The notes under the pieces were generated by a model. The model was not told the DNA's origin and searched no databases. It worked only from the letters and a program-made list of their open reading frames with translations. This document shows, piece after piece, positions 1-8,958 of a DNA stretch of 64,000 nucleotides (positions within the stretch are counted from its first letter, which is position 1; every line of letters starts with the position of its first letter). Origin of the DNA: Chloropicon primus (lineage: Eukaryota); NCBI GenBank assembly GCA_023205875.1, contig CP060754.1, positions 1,550,001 through 1,614,000 of the forward strand. Direction: 5' to 3'. Position numbers and translations under genes: made by a program.

Positions 1-691
1 AGGCCCCCGTGGCCAGCGACTCCGTCAGCCAATTGTGTCCAGGCGATCCAGGGTCCGTGTGAGTCGGGTAGAAGTCGTAGTTCCCCAAGACAGGGAAAAT
101 CTTTCCCGTAAACTCTTCCCCTCCTTCGTTTCCGGGCTGCAGTTCCCCTTGGCCAACACCAAAGTAATCGGAGAATGCGGCACGAAAGGCCCCCGTGGCA
201 TTCGATATCGTCGCGAGAGCTCGCTCCCTGCCAAGCTCCCGCCCCAAATTCTCCTTCCCCGAGTCGTGTGGAAGGGTGTCCCCCGTCCAGACGATGATGT
301 CCGGCTTCACAGACCTGGCTGCACTCAAAGCAGAATGCAAAAGGGCCAAGGGGGAGTCGCAGTTCCAGCTCCCGAGCTTCCCGGCACCCACCCCTCCCTC
401 GGCCACTGCATTGGATGCACCTGCAGACGCCCTCCCCTCCCTCCCCCTGTCCCCCTCCCTCCTCTCTCCCCGTCCATCAACTTCGGCCCCCCCTGGCAGT
501 CCTCCACGCTGTCCCCCTCGCTTGCAGCATGGAGGTCTGGCGCAAAGCGCGTTCGAGCCGTGCGCGTAGTCAAGGTCGAGGTGGATGTCGGTGATGTGCA
601 GCACTCTCAATTCTCTTGCCTCGACGAGGGTCGAAGCAAGGAGCAGACTGAGCAAGCCCGCTGCCACCACCCGCAGCACCTCCATTCCCAT
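1..691 (-). CDS. Acid sphingomyelinase-like metallophosphoesterase, secreted; 3' end runs off the window
   Basis: Absent from the ORF track because it has no stop in the window. Manual translation from ATG 691 gives a signal peptide MGMEVLRVVAAGLLSLLLASTLVEA, then LHITDIHLDLDY, C..PPCC, GSWNCDSP, PDIIVWTGDTLPHD and FPVLGNYD, the motif order of SMPD1/SMPDL3. Confidence 0.85.
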   Translation of the reverse strand, partial: MGMEVLRVVAAGLLSLLLASTLVEARELRVLHITDIHLDLDYAHGSNALCARPPCCKRGGQRGGLPGGAEVDGRGERREGDRGREGRASAGASNAVAEGGVGAGKLGSWNCDSPLALLHSALSAARSVKPDIIVWTGDTLPHDSGKENLGRELGRERALATISNATGAFRAAFSDYFGVGQGELQPGNEGGEEFTGKIFPVLGNYDFYPTHTDPGSPGHNWLTESLATGA

Positions 692-808
692 ATCTGGAGC
701 CCCTGGAGCTTGGAGGGAGGAGAGTGGAAAGGGAGGACAACCAAGTCCTTGGCAGACTGGATTACTGTTATTTTGCTCGGAGGAAAAAAAATAAGGGTTT
801 ATCATTAA

Positions 809-2903
809 TTACTTCTGCATGTACCAGCCAAGGACAACGACGATGAAAGCCAAGACCACGTACCACCTCGTGACTATGAAGTTGACGATCGCAGCAAGCA
901 TCTTGAGGAGGACGCTCACAAAGCGGGCGAATGTGGTCATCATTCGTGCCTGCTTCTCTGACATCTCATAGCCCATCTGCTTGGACACGCCCATGAAGCT
1001 CTCGGTGGACATTTCGGAGAGGACCTCCGTGGCCTTTGCAATCTTCTCGATTTTCGAGGAAGACTCCATATTCTCTGTCTGCTGTGCGAGCTTGGTCATG
1101 TTCTGTAAGTCTTCTGGAGTCATTTTCGACATGGCGTCAGCAGCAGCCTTCATCATCTCTGGGTTGAACTGTTCCTCTGGCATGCCAGACATCTTTGCCA
1201 TCTCCTTCAAGTCCTCCTCTGTCATGTTGCCCATCATTTCGGTTGCCTGCTTCATCATATTTGGGTTCTGCGAAAACAGCTTGTCCATTTTCTCTATATC
1301 AGAAGTGCTTGGCATGCCCCCTGGGGCGTGGCTCATCTGGTTCATCTGAGTCTGGGCCTTCTTGTACTCCATCAGCTCCTCGGGACTCATGTTGATCATA
1401 GCTTCGGTGGCCGCTCTCACCATGTCTGCGTTGAACATGCCTGGTGGCATTCCTGGCATCCTCTTTCCTATCTCCATGAGCTGCTCGTCGGTCATCGCCT
1501 CCATTTTCGCCCTGAGCTGCTCCTGCACCTTGGCCGCGTACTCTGGGTCCGTCTGTAACCTGTGCTCCTGCTCCGGCGTCCAGTTGCTGTTCCTGGGGCG
1601 AGGCATCTCCTGGACCTCCTCGAGGGGAGGGCAGTCCTCGTCCACCTCCTCGAGGGGGGGGCAGTCCTCGTCCACCTCCTCGAGGGGAGGGCAGTCCTCG
1701 TCCACCTCCTCGAGGGGAGGGCAGTCCTCGTCCACCTCCTCGAGGGGAGGGCAGTCCTCGTCCACCTCCTCGGGGGGAGGGCAGTCCTCGTCCACCTCCT
1801 CCACAACCGGCTCTGCCTTCGCCTCCGTCTTCACCTCACCCCCCTGCTCATTCTCCTTCGCAAGCGCTTCCTTTGCCAACTTCAAAGCAGCTTTCACTCC
1901 CTCGTCCTGTGGAGCAATGCCGTGCGCACTCATCAAGTCCTGGTAGGCCTCAGAATACCTTCCGAGGTGGTGCAAGGCCTGCCCCTTCCTGTAGTAAGTC
2001 TTCAGACCCTGTCCGGCCGTCAAGACGTTCTGGGGATCAGACTCGGCGTTCTTCACGATGGCGGTGGTCAGCCTGGCGCACTCCTCCCACATCTCAAGGC
2101 TGAGGCAGCACGCCGCCTCGTTGAGCATGCAGGTCCTGTGAAGCTTTCTGGCCGCGAGGGAGCTCAAGCCGTTCAAGTTCTTCTTGGCGCGCGTGTACTT
2201 CTCCTTGGCCTCTTCGTACTGTCCAGCAGTAAAGAATTTGTTTCCCTCTGCCTTGAGCTGCATGGACGCGTTGTACTTGTAGTCGTGCTGCCATTGTTGA
2301 GAGAAAGAGATAGAGATAGAGTCAGTCGTCAAAGTCCTGAGGAGGGTTCTTCCCAGAAGATTCTCCTGCTTACCGAATCCTTCTGGTGCTGCGTGTAAGC
2401 TTCCATCTGCCTCCTCATCTCCGCGGGATCCTCGGGCAATGGCGCCCCCTTCATCTGCTCCTTGATCTCCTCCGGGTTCGAGTTCTTCACCACGTTCATG
2501 GCCTCCTCAATTGCTTCGGGAGACATTTCGGCGACCTGCTTCTTCATCTCCTCCATCTGCTCAGGAGTCTGCACAACGACACAGCAACAAACAGACAGCA
2601 ACAAAAAAATCGAGGCGAGAAAACCCCGCGAACGCAACGCGTCAGCAAAACGACGAAGGAGAGAGCAGAGTCGCGCGAGCCGGGGAGGGGAAGGGCGCGA
2701 GCGAAGCGACACCCCGCGTCTTCCTCACGGGTGTCGCCTCCGCGCGCGAAAGACGTGTGTTGGTTTTTCCTTGGGAAAGTGATTCTCTCTCGTCTCTCGG
2801 TCCCGTGGTTCTTCCTCCGAGCTAAGCGCGCGAGCGCGAGACTTACCAAGTTCTTCATTTGCTCCATCGCGAGCTTCATCATCTCTGGATCCATGCCCTC
2901 CAT
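809..2903 (-). CDS. OEP61: Outer envelope protein 61 (OEP61/TPR7)-like TPR chaperone receptor; exons 2903-2847, 2568-2374, 2287-809
   Basis: N-terminus MDPEMMKLAMEQM, TPR clamp (LKAEGNKFF...KTYYRKGQA), Met-rich STI1/DP-like repeats and a C-terminal TM anchor. Two phase-0 GT-AG introns keep the frame. Confidence 0.85.
1614..1801 (-). repeat. Coding tandem repeat, 6 x 30 bp, encoding (EEVDEDCPPL)n
   Basis: Unit cgaggggagggcagtcctcgtccacctcct repeats from 1621 to 1800, with single substitutions in two units. Confidence 0.98.
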
Positions 2904-3573
2904 CTTGGCCACCTCTCTTCTCTCTCTCTCGTTTACCGGACCAGTTGAGTCTAGGACGAACAAAGAAACTCGAGGTGTCAGTGTCCCTCCATCCTCCGCA
3001 GGGCGTCTAACCTCTCGAAAGACGCGTCAAACGAAAGAGCGAGAGGCGAGTCATCGACCTGCGCCCCTTCCTCGGCCCTTCCCACGCCCTCGTCGCCGAC
3101 AGGGGTCGTCCAAACACTCACCTCTTCGCCGTGTCCCGCGCTCTCTTTACGTCACTTTTGGGGGGACCGAAAAACCTAGTCTGGAGGTCCAGCAGACTGA
3201 CTTGGCCGGAGGATGCCATTGGCCTCGGCATGGCGAGGGCGAGGGTGGTGGGTGATGGGGGAGTGGGGAGTGGGGACGGGGATTACGATTCTCCGATCCG
3301 AGGATTGGCCACCGTTGGGGTCCATCTCGGCTTGTGGCTCAGCCAGCAGCAGCAGAGAGAGAAAAAGGGATGGATGGATGGATGGATGATGAGAAAGGGG
3401 AAGGACGAGGAGTAGGATTAGGAGGCACCTCTTGCAGGATCGGCAGCGCCCTCCCCGTCCCCTCCTCCCAAGGTGCCTGCTTCTCCCTTGGGGAGCATTC
3501 CTTCCAATGCTTTCTTTTTGTTTCTGTTTTTGACTGAATAAAAAACACTTATACCTCTTTTTTGTGAGCCTTA

Positions 3574-4724
3574 CTACTTTTTCATTCCCTTGACGATAGC
3601 GATGGCACCCCCTGCCGCGGCAAGCAAGATGAGCTTGAGAGGAAACGCTGCTGCGCCCTTCTTGGCCTTCTTGGACAGGACTGGTGCCTCCGGTGCTGGA
3701 GCGGCGGCCGGAGCCTTGGCGCTCGCCTCGACCTTTTTGCTCTCGGTATCCCCATTTCCTTCGCTAACTGTCATGCTCAGCTTCACCTTTCCGCCGAACC
3801 CAGCTCCGTACTGGCGAGACGAGGGGAGGAGGGAAGACAGGATCATCACGCAAGTCAGGGCTCGTTGCGTCCTGGGCGGCGACACACCACTCAAGCAAGA
3901 GAGAAAACTTACGGATTTGAACAAGTCAAAGTACTTGACGATCGGGGCGGCCTTCAAGATGTCTTTCACGTAGATGCCTGCCGCGGAAAGAACCGTGTTC
4001 TGGGTGGCCACTCCGTCCTTCTTCTTGCAGAGAAGAAGCCTAAGCTCGCTGGCGTCGTCTGTGAGCTCACTGCCGGGACCAAAACGAGGAAAAGTGGGAG
4101 ATCTTTGGGAGTCAGACACGTCTCCCGTTTTGGGAAGGCGAGGAGGGGCGGCAATCGGCCACCCACCCGATCAAAGGCCCACAGGCGCCCGGCGATCAAC
4201 TTACAGAGTAACCTTCGCATCGAAGTTAAGCGTGTCCTTCTTCAGCTTGGTCGAAGGAGTCGAGACCTTTTGGCTGGCACCTCCCCGAAGCTCCACTGCA
4301 CCCAAACGTTTTTGATCAGAAAGAAGGCGTGAAAGCGAAACAAGAAGCCAAAGAAGGACCCGGTCAGCTCGAAGGGAACTCGGCAACCGGACCGCCAACA
4401 GAAGCTTTCCCTCTCCCCCCAGCTCTTGCGTTGAGGGGAGGCCTCGGGTAAGCGACTTCACGGGCAAGGTGACCTCGCGAGACAATGCCGGCACCGGGTG
4501 CCGCCCGATCACTCGTCTCTCATTAGGAGCGGGACAGGCCAAGCCCTGGAGTTCCTTTCCCACCCATCTTGCTTCCTCTTCTAGATGTCTTGTCCTGCGT
4601 CTCGTGCTCACGTACCTCGAACGAAAGCTTCACCGCTTTGCAGCCCAGGCAGTGCTATCTCTCCCTCCTTGTTGGTACAGACGACTTTCTCTATCGAGAT
4701 GTTCAAGACCTTCTTGTCCTCCAT
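3574..4724 (-). CDS. Uncharacterised tail-anchored protein with a beta-rich, C2-like N-terminal domain; exons 4724-4616, 4295-4205, 4069-3913, 3810-3574 (197 aa)
   Basis: Three GT-AG introns join MEDKKVLNISIEKVV..., VELRGG..., ELRLLLC...AAGIYVKDIL...KYFDLF and GGKVKLSMTV in frame. An Ala/Pro/Lys linker precedes a hydrophobic C-terminal helix ending MKK. Confidence 0.7.
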
Positions 4725-5090
4725 GTTGCCCTGACTCTCAATAAGAACCGAACCACCTGGCACTTGAAGTCGTCCCTGTCTCTTGCCGCTCTCCCGCGCC
4801 CGCTCGACTCGACTGTCCCCACCTCTCTTCATTTCCGTCTTATCTTACGACAACTTGATCCATTTCAAAATATTGGGTTGGGTTGGGCGATCATGGATGG
4901 AGGACGGGAAGGGGAAGCTAGCTCCATGGTCTTGCCCAAGGGGCCCAAGGTGGCTGGTCCTTCCTTGTCACGGGGTTTGGAACATCAAGCTTGAAAAGTG
5001 AAGGAGGAGGAGGTGGAAGCCCACAAAACTTAGAATTACAAAAATAATGATTTCCCCTCACCCCCGACCTTCTTATCCCCCCCCCTGACA

Positions 5091-6344
5091 TCAGACCCTC
5101 TGCTCGGGGTAAGCCTTCTTGAGGTCCTTCAAGAGCGCGACTTCGATCCGGATGAACATCCACTGAAACCTCCTGAAGACCTCGAGGAGGGAGAGCAGCA
5201 AAGACAAGCCGTACATGTGCCGCAGCTGGGCCGAGAGCTTGCACGTCCAGCTGATCCTGAGGAGGAAGTTCAAGACTATCGCCAACTTGTAGCCCCTCTT
5301 GTCCGAGTACACCAGGTCGTTCCTCAAGATGGTGTTGCTCCCCACGTTGAATAGCTGGAACTCCCAGTCCCTCGCTATGTCCCAGTAGAAGGAGAAACCC
5401 GAGTTCACAATCGCGCAGGCGATCCAGATCGGCTTGTAGAACCCCAACCAGTTCTCCCTCGAGGTGCGAAACTTCAAGTTGGAGAAGTAAATCACCGGGA
5501 ACGCGGTGAAGTACTTGAGAGCGTTCGCCAGCTGCGCTTTCTCCCCCTTCGAGACATATATCTTCACGCACTGGATCAGCCTCCACAAGTAAGGCAGGGC
5601 CAGGGCCACTGCGTACATCCAGGATCGAGCGTTGCACAACTCGCTCAGCTCGCTCTTCCCGAGACCCGTGTAGTTCGATGCGATCCTGCACCCCACGACA
5701 GCTGTGTCGGCCAGAGGCCTGGCCAGGGAAGTGACCACATCGGCGAGCAAGAAGTCGGCGAAGGAGACCTCCCAGAAAGGCAAGGCGATCCTCCACAGGG
5801 TCGAGACGAAGAACCTCCTCTGCTTGCCGAACACCCGGTTCCCGGGAAAGATCATGAGGATCACGAGGGTGAAGAACAGCGCCTCGGCTTGCCTGACGGC
5901 CAGGATCTCGAACTCAAACAGGGTGCAGAACAGGAAGAAGGAGGAGCTCCCGAGGATTATGAGGCTCGAGAAGTGCGCCATCTTGAACACGTCGTCGTGG
6001 CACGGCAGAACCACCCTGTCGTCCACCTCGAAGACTTTGAGGTAGTTCATCCGGAACTGCGTCCAGACCTGCACGTTCACCCCCCACAGCCAAAGCATCG
6101 CGACCAGGGGCAGAAGCGGGAAGTAGAACACCCTGAAGATGACGACGTACTCGTCGTCCCTCGGCATGTACCACAGGCAGAGGAGGGTCACCAGGAAGGT
6201 GAAGGCCTCCGACACGACGACCAGGCGCAGGGTCTGCGGCTTCATCTTCCACCCCGGCGTCAGCTCGTGGGGTTGCTTGTAGAGCTCCCTCCTCGCCTCC
6301 TTCGAGTCCAGGAGGGAGCCGTAGGATCCCTCTCGCAACATCAT
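5091..6344 (-). CDS. EXS (ERD1/XPR1/SYG1) family membrane protein, no SPX domain seen
   Basis: Motifs VSFADFLLADVVTS, LPYLWRLIQC, ANALKY, YWDIARDW, LEVFRRFQWMFIRIE. The start is uncertain; a short upstream exon near 6440-6468 is possible. Confidence 0.85.
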   Translation of the reverse strand: MMLREGSYGSLLDSKEARRELYKQPHELTPGWKMKPQTLRLVVVSEAFTFLVTLLCLWYMPRDDEYVVIFRVFYFPLLPLVAMLWLWGVNVQVWTQFRMNYLKVFEVDDRVVLPCHDDVFKMAHFSSLIILGSSSFFLFCTLFEFEILAVRQAEALFFTLVILMIFPGNRVFGKQRRFFVSTLWRIALPFWEVSFADFLLADVVTSLARPLADTAVVGCRIASNYTGLGKSELSELCNARSWMYAVALALPYLWRLIQCVKIYVSKGEKAQLANALKYFTAFPVIYFSNLKFRTSRENWLGFYKPIWIACAIVNSGFSFYWDIARDWEFQLFNVGSNTILRNDLVYSDKRGYKLAIVLNFLLRISWTCKLSAQLRHMYGLSLLLSLLEVFRRFQWMFIRIEVALLKDLKKAYPEQRV

Positions 6345-6817
6345 CACCTCCCGCCTCACACTCTATCGTCCTGAGATTTATTTCGCCGACTCGCATCTAC
6401 TCGCCTCCTCACTCTCTGCTCCGCGTGCGCGCAAGGTACCCCTTCCCTTCGGCGTCATGCCATCCATGCACGCAGCAGCCATCACCTCTCCTCCTCGTCG
6501 TCGGTCGTCGGCTCTCGCTCTCGCTCCCTCCTGCCGCTCCCGAACCTGGAGGAGGGAAGGGCATCATCTGCGCATCTGGAGAGGGAGAGGGAGGACGAGA
6601 TCGAGAATGGCGAGATGGCGAGATGGCGAGATGGGGGTTGGTTGTGTGTGTGTGTGTGGGTAATGTAATGACCGGGTAGGGCTTCTCTCTTTACACATCA
6701 TTGTATAAAGAAAGAAGCACTTGCATGCAAAAACCCAGCTCTTCTGTTCAAAATTTGGTCCATGCGCGCGCTACAGAGAAGACTGAGGGATCAATAATCT
6801 CGGGGCCAAGCGGACTA

Positions 6818-8155
6818 CTACGTCGCGTTGGCCGCGAACTTGCTCTCTGGTTGGTGGACAGGCTTCCTGGATGGAAGCGAGTACTCGAATCCCTCCGGGG
6901 GCCACTGGGCGGTGTTGCGCCTCCTGATGAGCTCCGGGCCCCTCTCCTTGAGCTCCTGGACGCTGGCCGCGCCCAGGAGGCCCATGGCGCGCTCCAGCTC
7001 GTCCTCAAGAATGTCGATGGCCTTGACCACCCCGGGCTTCCCGCCGGCCGCCAGGCCGTAGAGGTAAGCCTTGCCGCAGCCCACGGCGTCGGCCCCCATG
7101 GCGATGGCCTTGGCGATGTCCGTGCCCCTCATCACGCCCCCGTCCAGGATGATCTCCACGTCGGGCCCCACCGCCTGCCTGATGCCCGGCAGGGCGTCGA
7201 TGGTCGGCACGCTCGTCTCGAGCTGGCGGCCGCCGTGGTTGGACACCCAGAGCGACGTGAACCCGTGGTCGAGGGCCTTGACGGCGTCGTCCTGCCTCAC
7301 GACCCCCTTGAGCGCGAGCTCGCCCCCCCACTCGTTCGCGAGCCACTCGGCGTCCTGCCAGTTGAAATCCGGGCACAGCTGCTTGTTGATGAAGGCGGCC
7401 ATGGACTCCGCGGGCACGTCCTTGTCGATGTTGGCGTAGGTGTACACGTCGTTGCAGAGGAGGTCCCAGGTCCACGCGGGCCTCTTGACGGCCCCGTAGA
7501 TCTGGGCGAACGAGTAGTTGGGCGGGACGCTGAACCCGTTGCGGATGTCCCTCTCCCTCTTGCCGAACCACGTGAAGTCCGCCGTGAGGGCCACGGCGTC
7601 GTACCCGTACTCCCTGGCCTGCTGCAGCAGGGCCCTGTTCAGGCCCTTGTCCTTCCACAGGTAGAGCTGGAACACCTTGGGCAGGGACTTGGGGAAGATC
7701 TTGCCGATGTCCTCCACGGAGGTCGTGGCGAGGGACGAGAGGCCGAAGAGGATGCCCTTCTCGGCCGCCGCCGCCGCGGTGGCCTTCTCCCCCATGTTGT
7801 GGAACATCCTGTGCCCCGCGGTCGGGCAGCAGAAGAACGGAAGCCTCACGTCCCTCCCGAAGATCGTGGTCGACATGTCAAGGGTCTCCGGCGAGTTCCC
7901 GGCAAGCACCCTGTAGTGACACTCGTACTCGGAGAACTGGGACCTTGACCTCCCGATCGCGATCTCGTCGTCCGCCCCGCTGTCCAGGTAACCGAAGCAC
8001 ATCTGGTGCGTCCTCTTCTCCGCCGCCTTCCTCAGGTCCCACGTGTTGCAGCACTTGGCCAGCCTCGCCTTGGCCGGGGCGTTCACAATCGGCTCCACGA
8101 TGGGGTTGAACAGCCTGAAGAACTTGTTCAGGCCAAGCTTGTGGATGAACGCCAT
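6818..8155 (-). CDS. FMN-dependent L-2-hydroxyacid dehydrogenase/oxidase (LldD/glycolate oxidase family)
   Basis: YLDSGADDE, FQLY, GKRERD, LKGV, SNHGGRQL, DGGVMRGTDIAKAIAMGA. Intronless, 445 aa, no C-terminal PTS1. Confidence 0.92.
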   Translation of the reverse strand: MAFIHKLGLNKFFRLFNPIVEPIVNAPAKARLAKCCNTWDLRKAAEKRTHQMCFGYLDSGADDEIAIGRSRSQFSEYECHYRVLAGNSPETLDMSTTIFGRDVRLPFFCCPTAGHRMFHNMGEKATAAAAAEKGILFGLSSLATTSVEDIGKIFPKSLPKVFQLYLWKDKGLNRALLQQAREYGYDAVALTADFTWFGKRERDIRNGFSVPPNYSFAQIYGAVKRPAWTWDLLCNDVYTYANIDKDVPAESMAAFINKQLCPDFNWQDAEWLANEWGGELALKGVVRQDDAVKALDHGFTSLWVSNHGGRQLETSVPTIDALPGIRQAVGPDVEIILDGGVMRGTDIAKAIAMGADAVGCGKAYLYGLAAGGKPGVVKAIDILEDELERAMGLLGAASVQELKERGPELIRRRNTAQWPPEGFEYSLPSRKPVHQPESKFAANAT

Positions 8156-8879
8156 GACGTGATACTATGCGTGATACTATGCGTCGTAGAGAGGACAGAG
8201 CGGTGGCGGTGTTGTCGTTGGAGAAGAAGAGAAACAGGATAGGATGATGTTGTGTGTGTGTCGTCACAGCCTGTCTAACGCCCCCAAGCGGAGCGAGCGA
8301 GCGCCTCTCTCTCGTATCCCTCCGAAAAAGAAAAAGAAAAAAAAATGCTCAACGTCGCCAAGCAACCAAACGACGCACGCCGCGGACGCAACAAAAGCAC
8401 GAGGGCACCGACCGATCGATCGGAAGCCGAGTGAAGCGTCAGAGCGTCAGCTGCTGGGAGAAGCGCGCGAAGCGATCTTCTGCTTTTGCGATCGTGTTTC
8501 CATCGCTCTGGCTGGGACACTAATCTCTCTTTGAGAAGAGAGCCACGACCACAAAATCGAAGATCAAGAAGAGACAGGTTATCTGGATCATAAGCTGCAG
8601 TTTTCTACACAAGAATGGGGAAAACGTTTTTTTTTCAGCCTGAGCGATCGATCGCGATCGATCGTGCGGAGCGGAACGCAAACGCACGTCAGCGGATTGC
8701 GATCGATCGGAGAGCGAACGGGTACGGGGTACGGCACAACCCCATCCGAGGGTCTTGCGGAGAGGGTGCGACCGAGCGGGCGTCTTGTTCCACTTGCTCC
8801 TCGCGCTTTCTTCTTTTCGTTTTGTTTTGTTTTGCCTCTTCTTTGGGACCAAAACTGACCTTGGTTTTTTTCTCTCCAA

Positions 8880-8911
<32 letters not shown>

Positions 8912-8958
8912 GTCATCTTTCGTCGTTTGCAGTTGCGAAGAGAAGGTATAGAGGAGGC

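Noticed and set aside
1614..1801. 30-bp periodic array as a CRISPR array
   Set aside because: There are no unique spacers and no cas genes; it is an in-frame coding tandem repeat in a eukaryotic gene.
8640..8710. Cyanobacterial HIP1-like GCGATCGC signature indicating foreign DNA
   Set aside because: It is only a local cluster of GATC/CGATCG in a eukaryotic promoter; the flanking genes are not enriched for it.
8755..8958. Poly-Arg N-terminal extension of the 1200-aa ORF
   Set aside because: It comes from a (CGT)n microsatellite and T-rich leader with a non-ATG start; ATG 8959 gives a sensible presequence.
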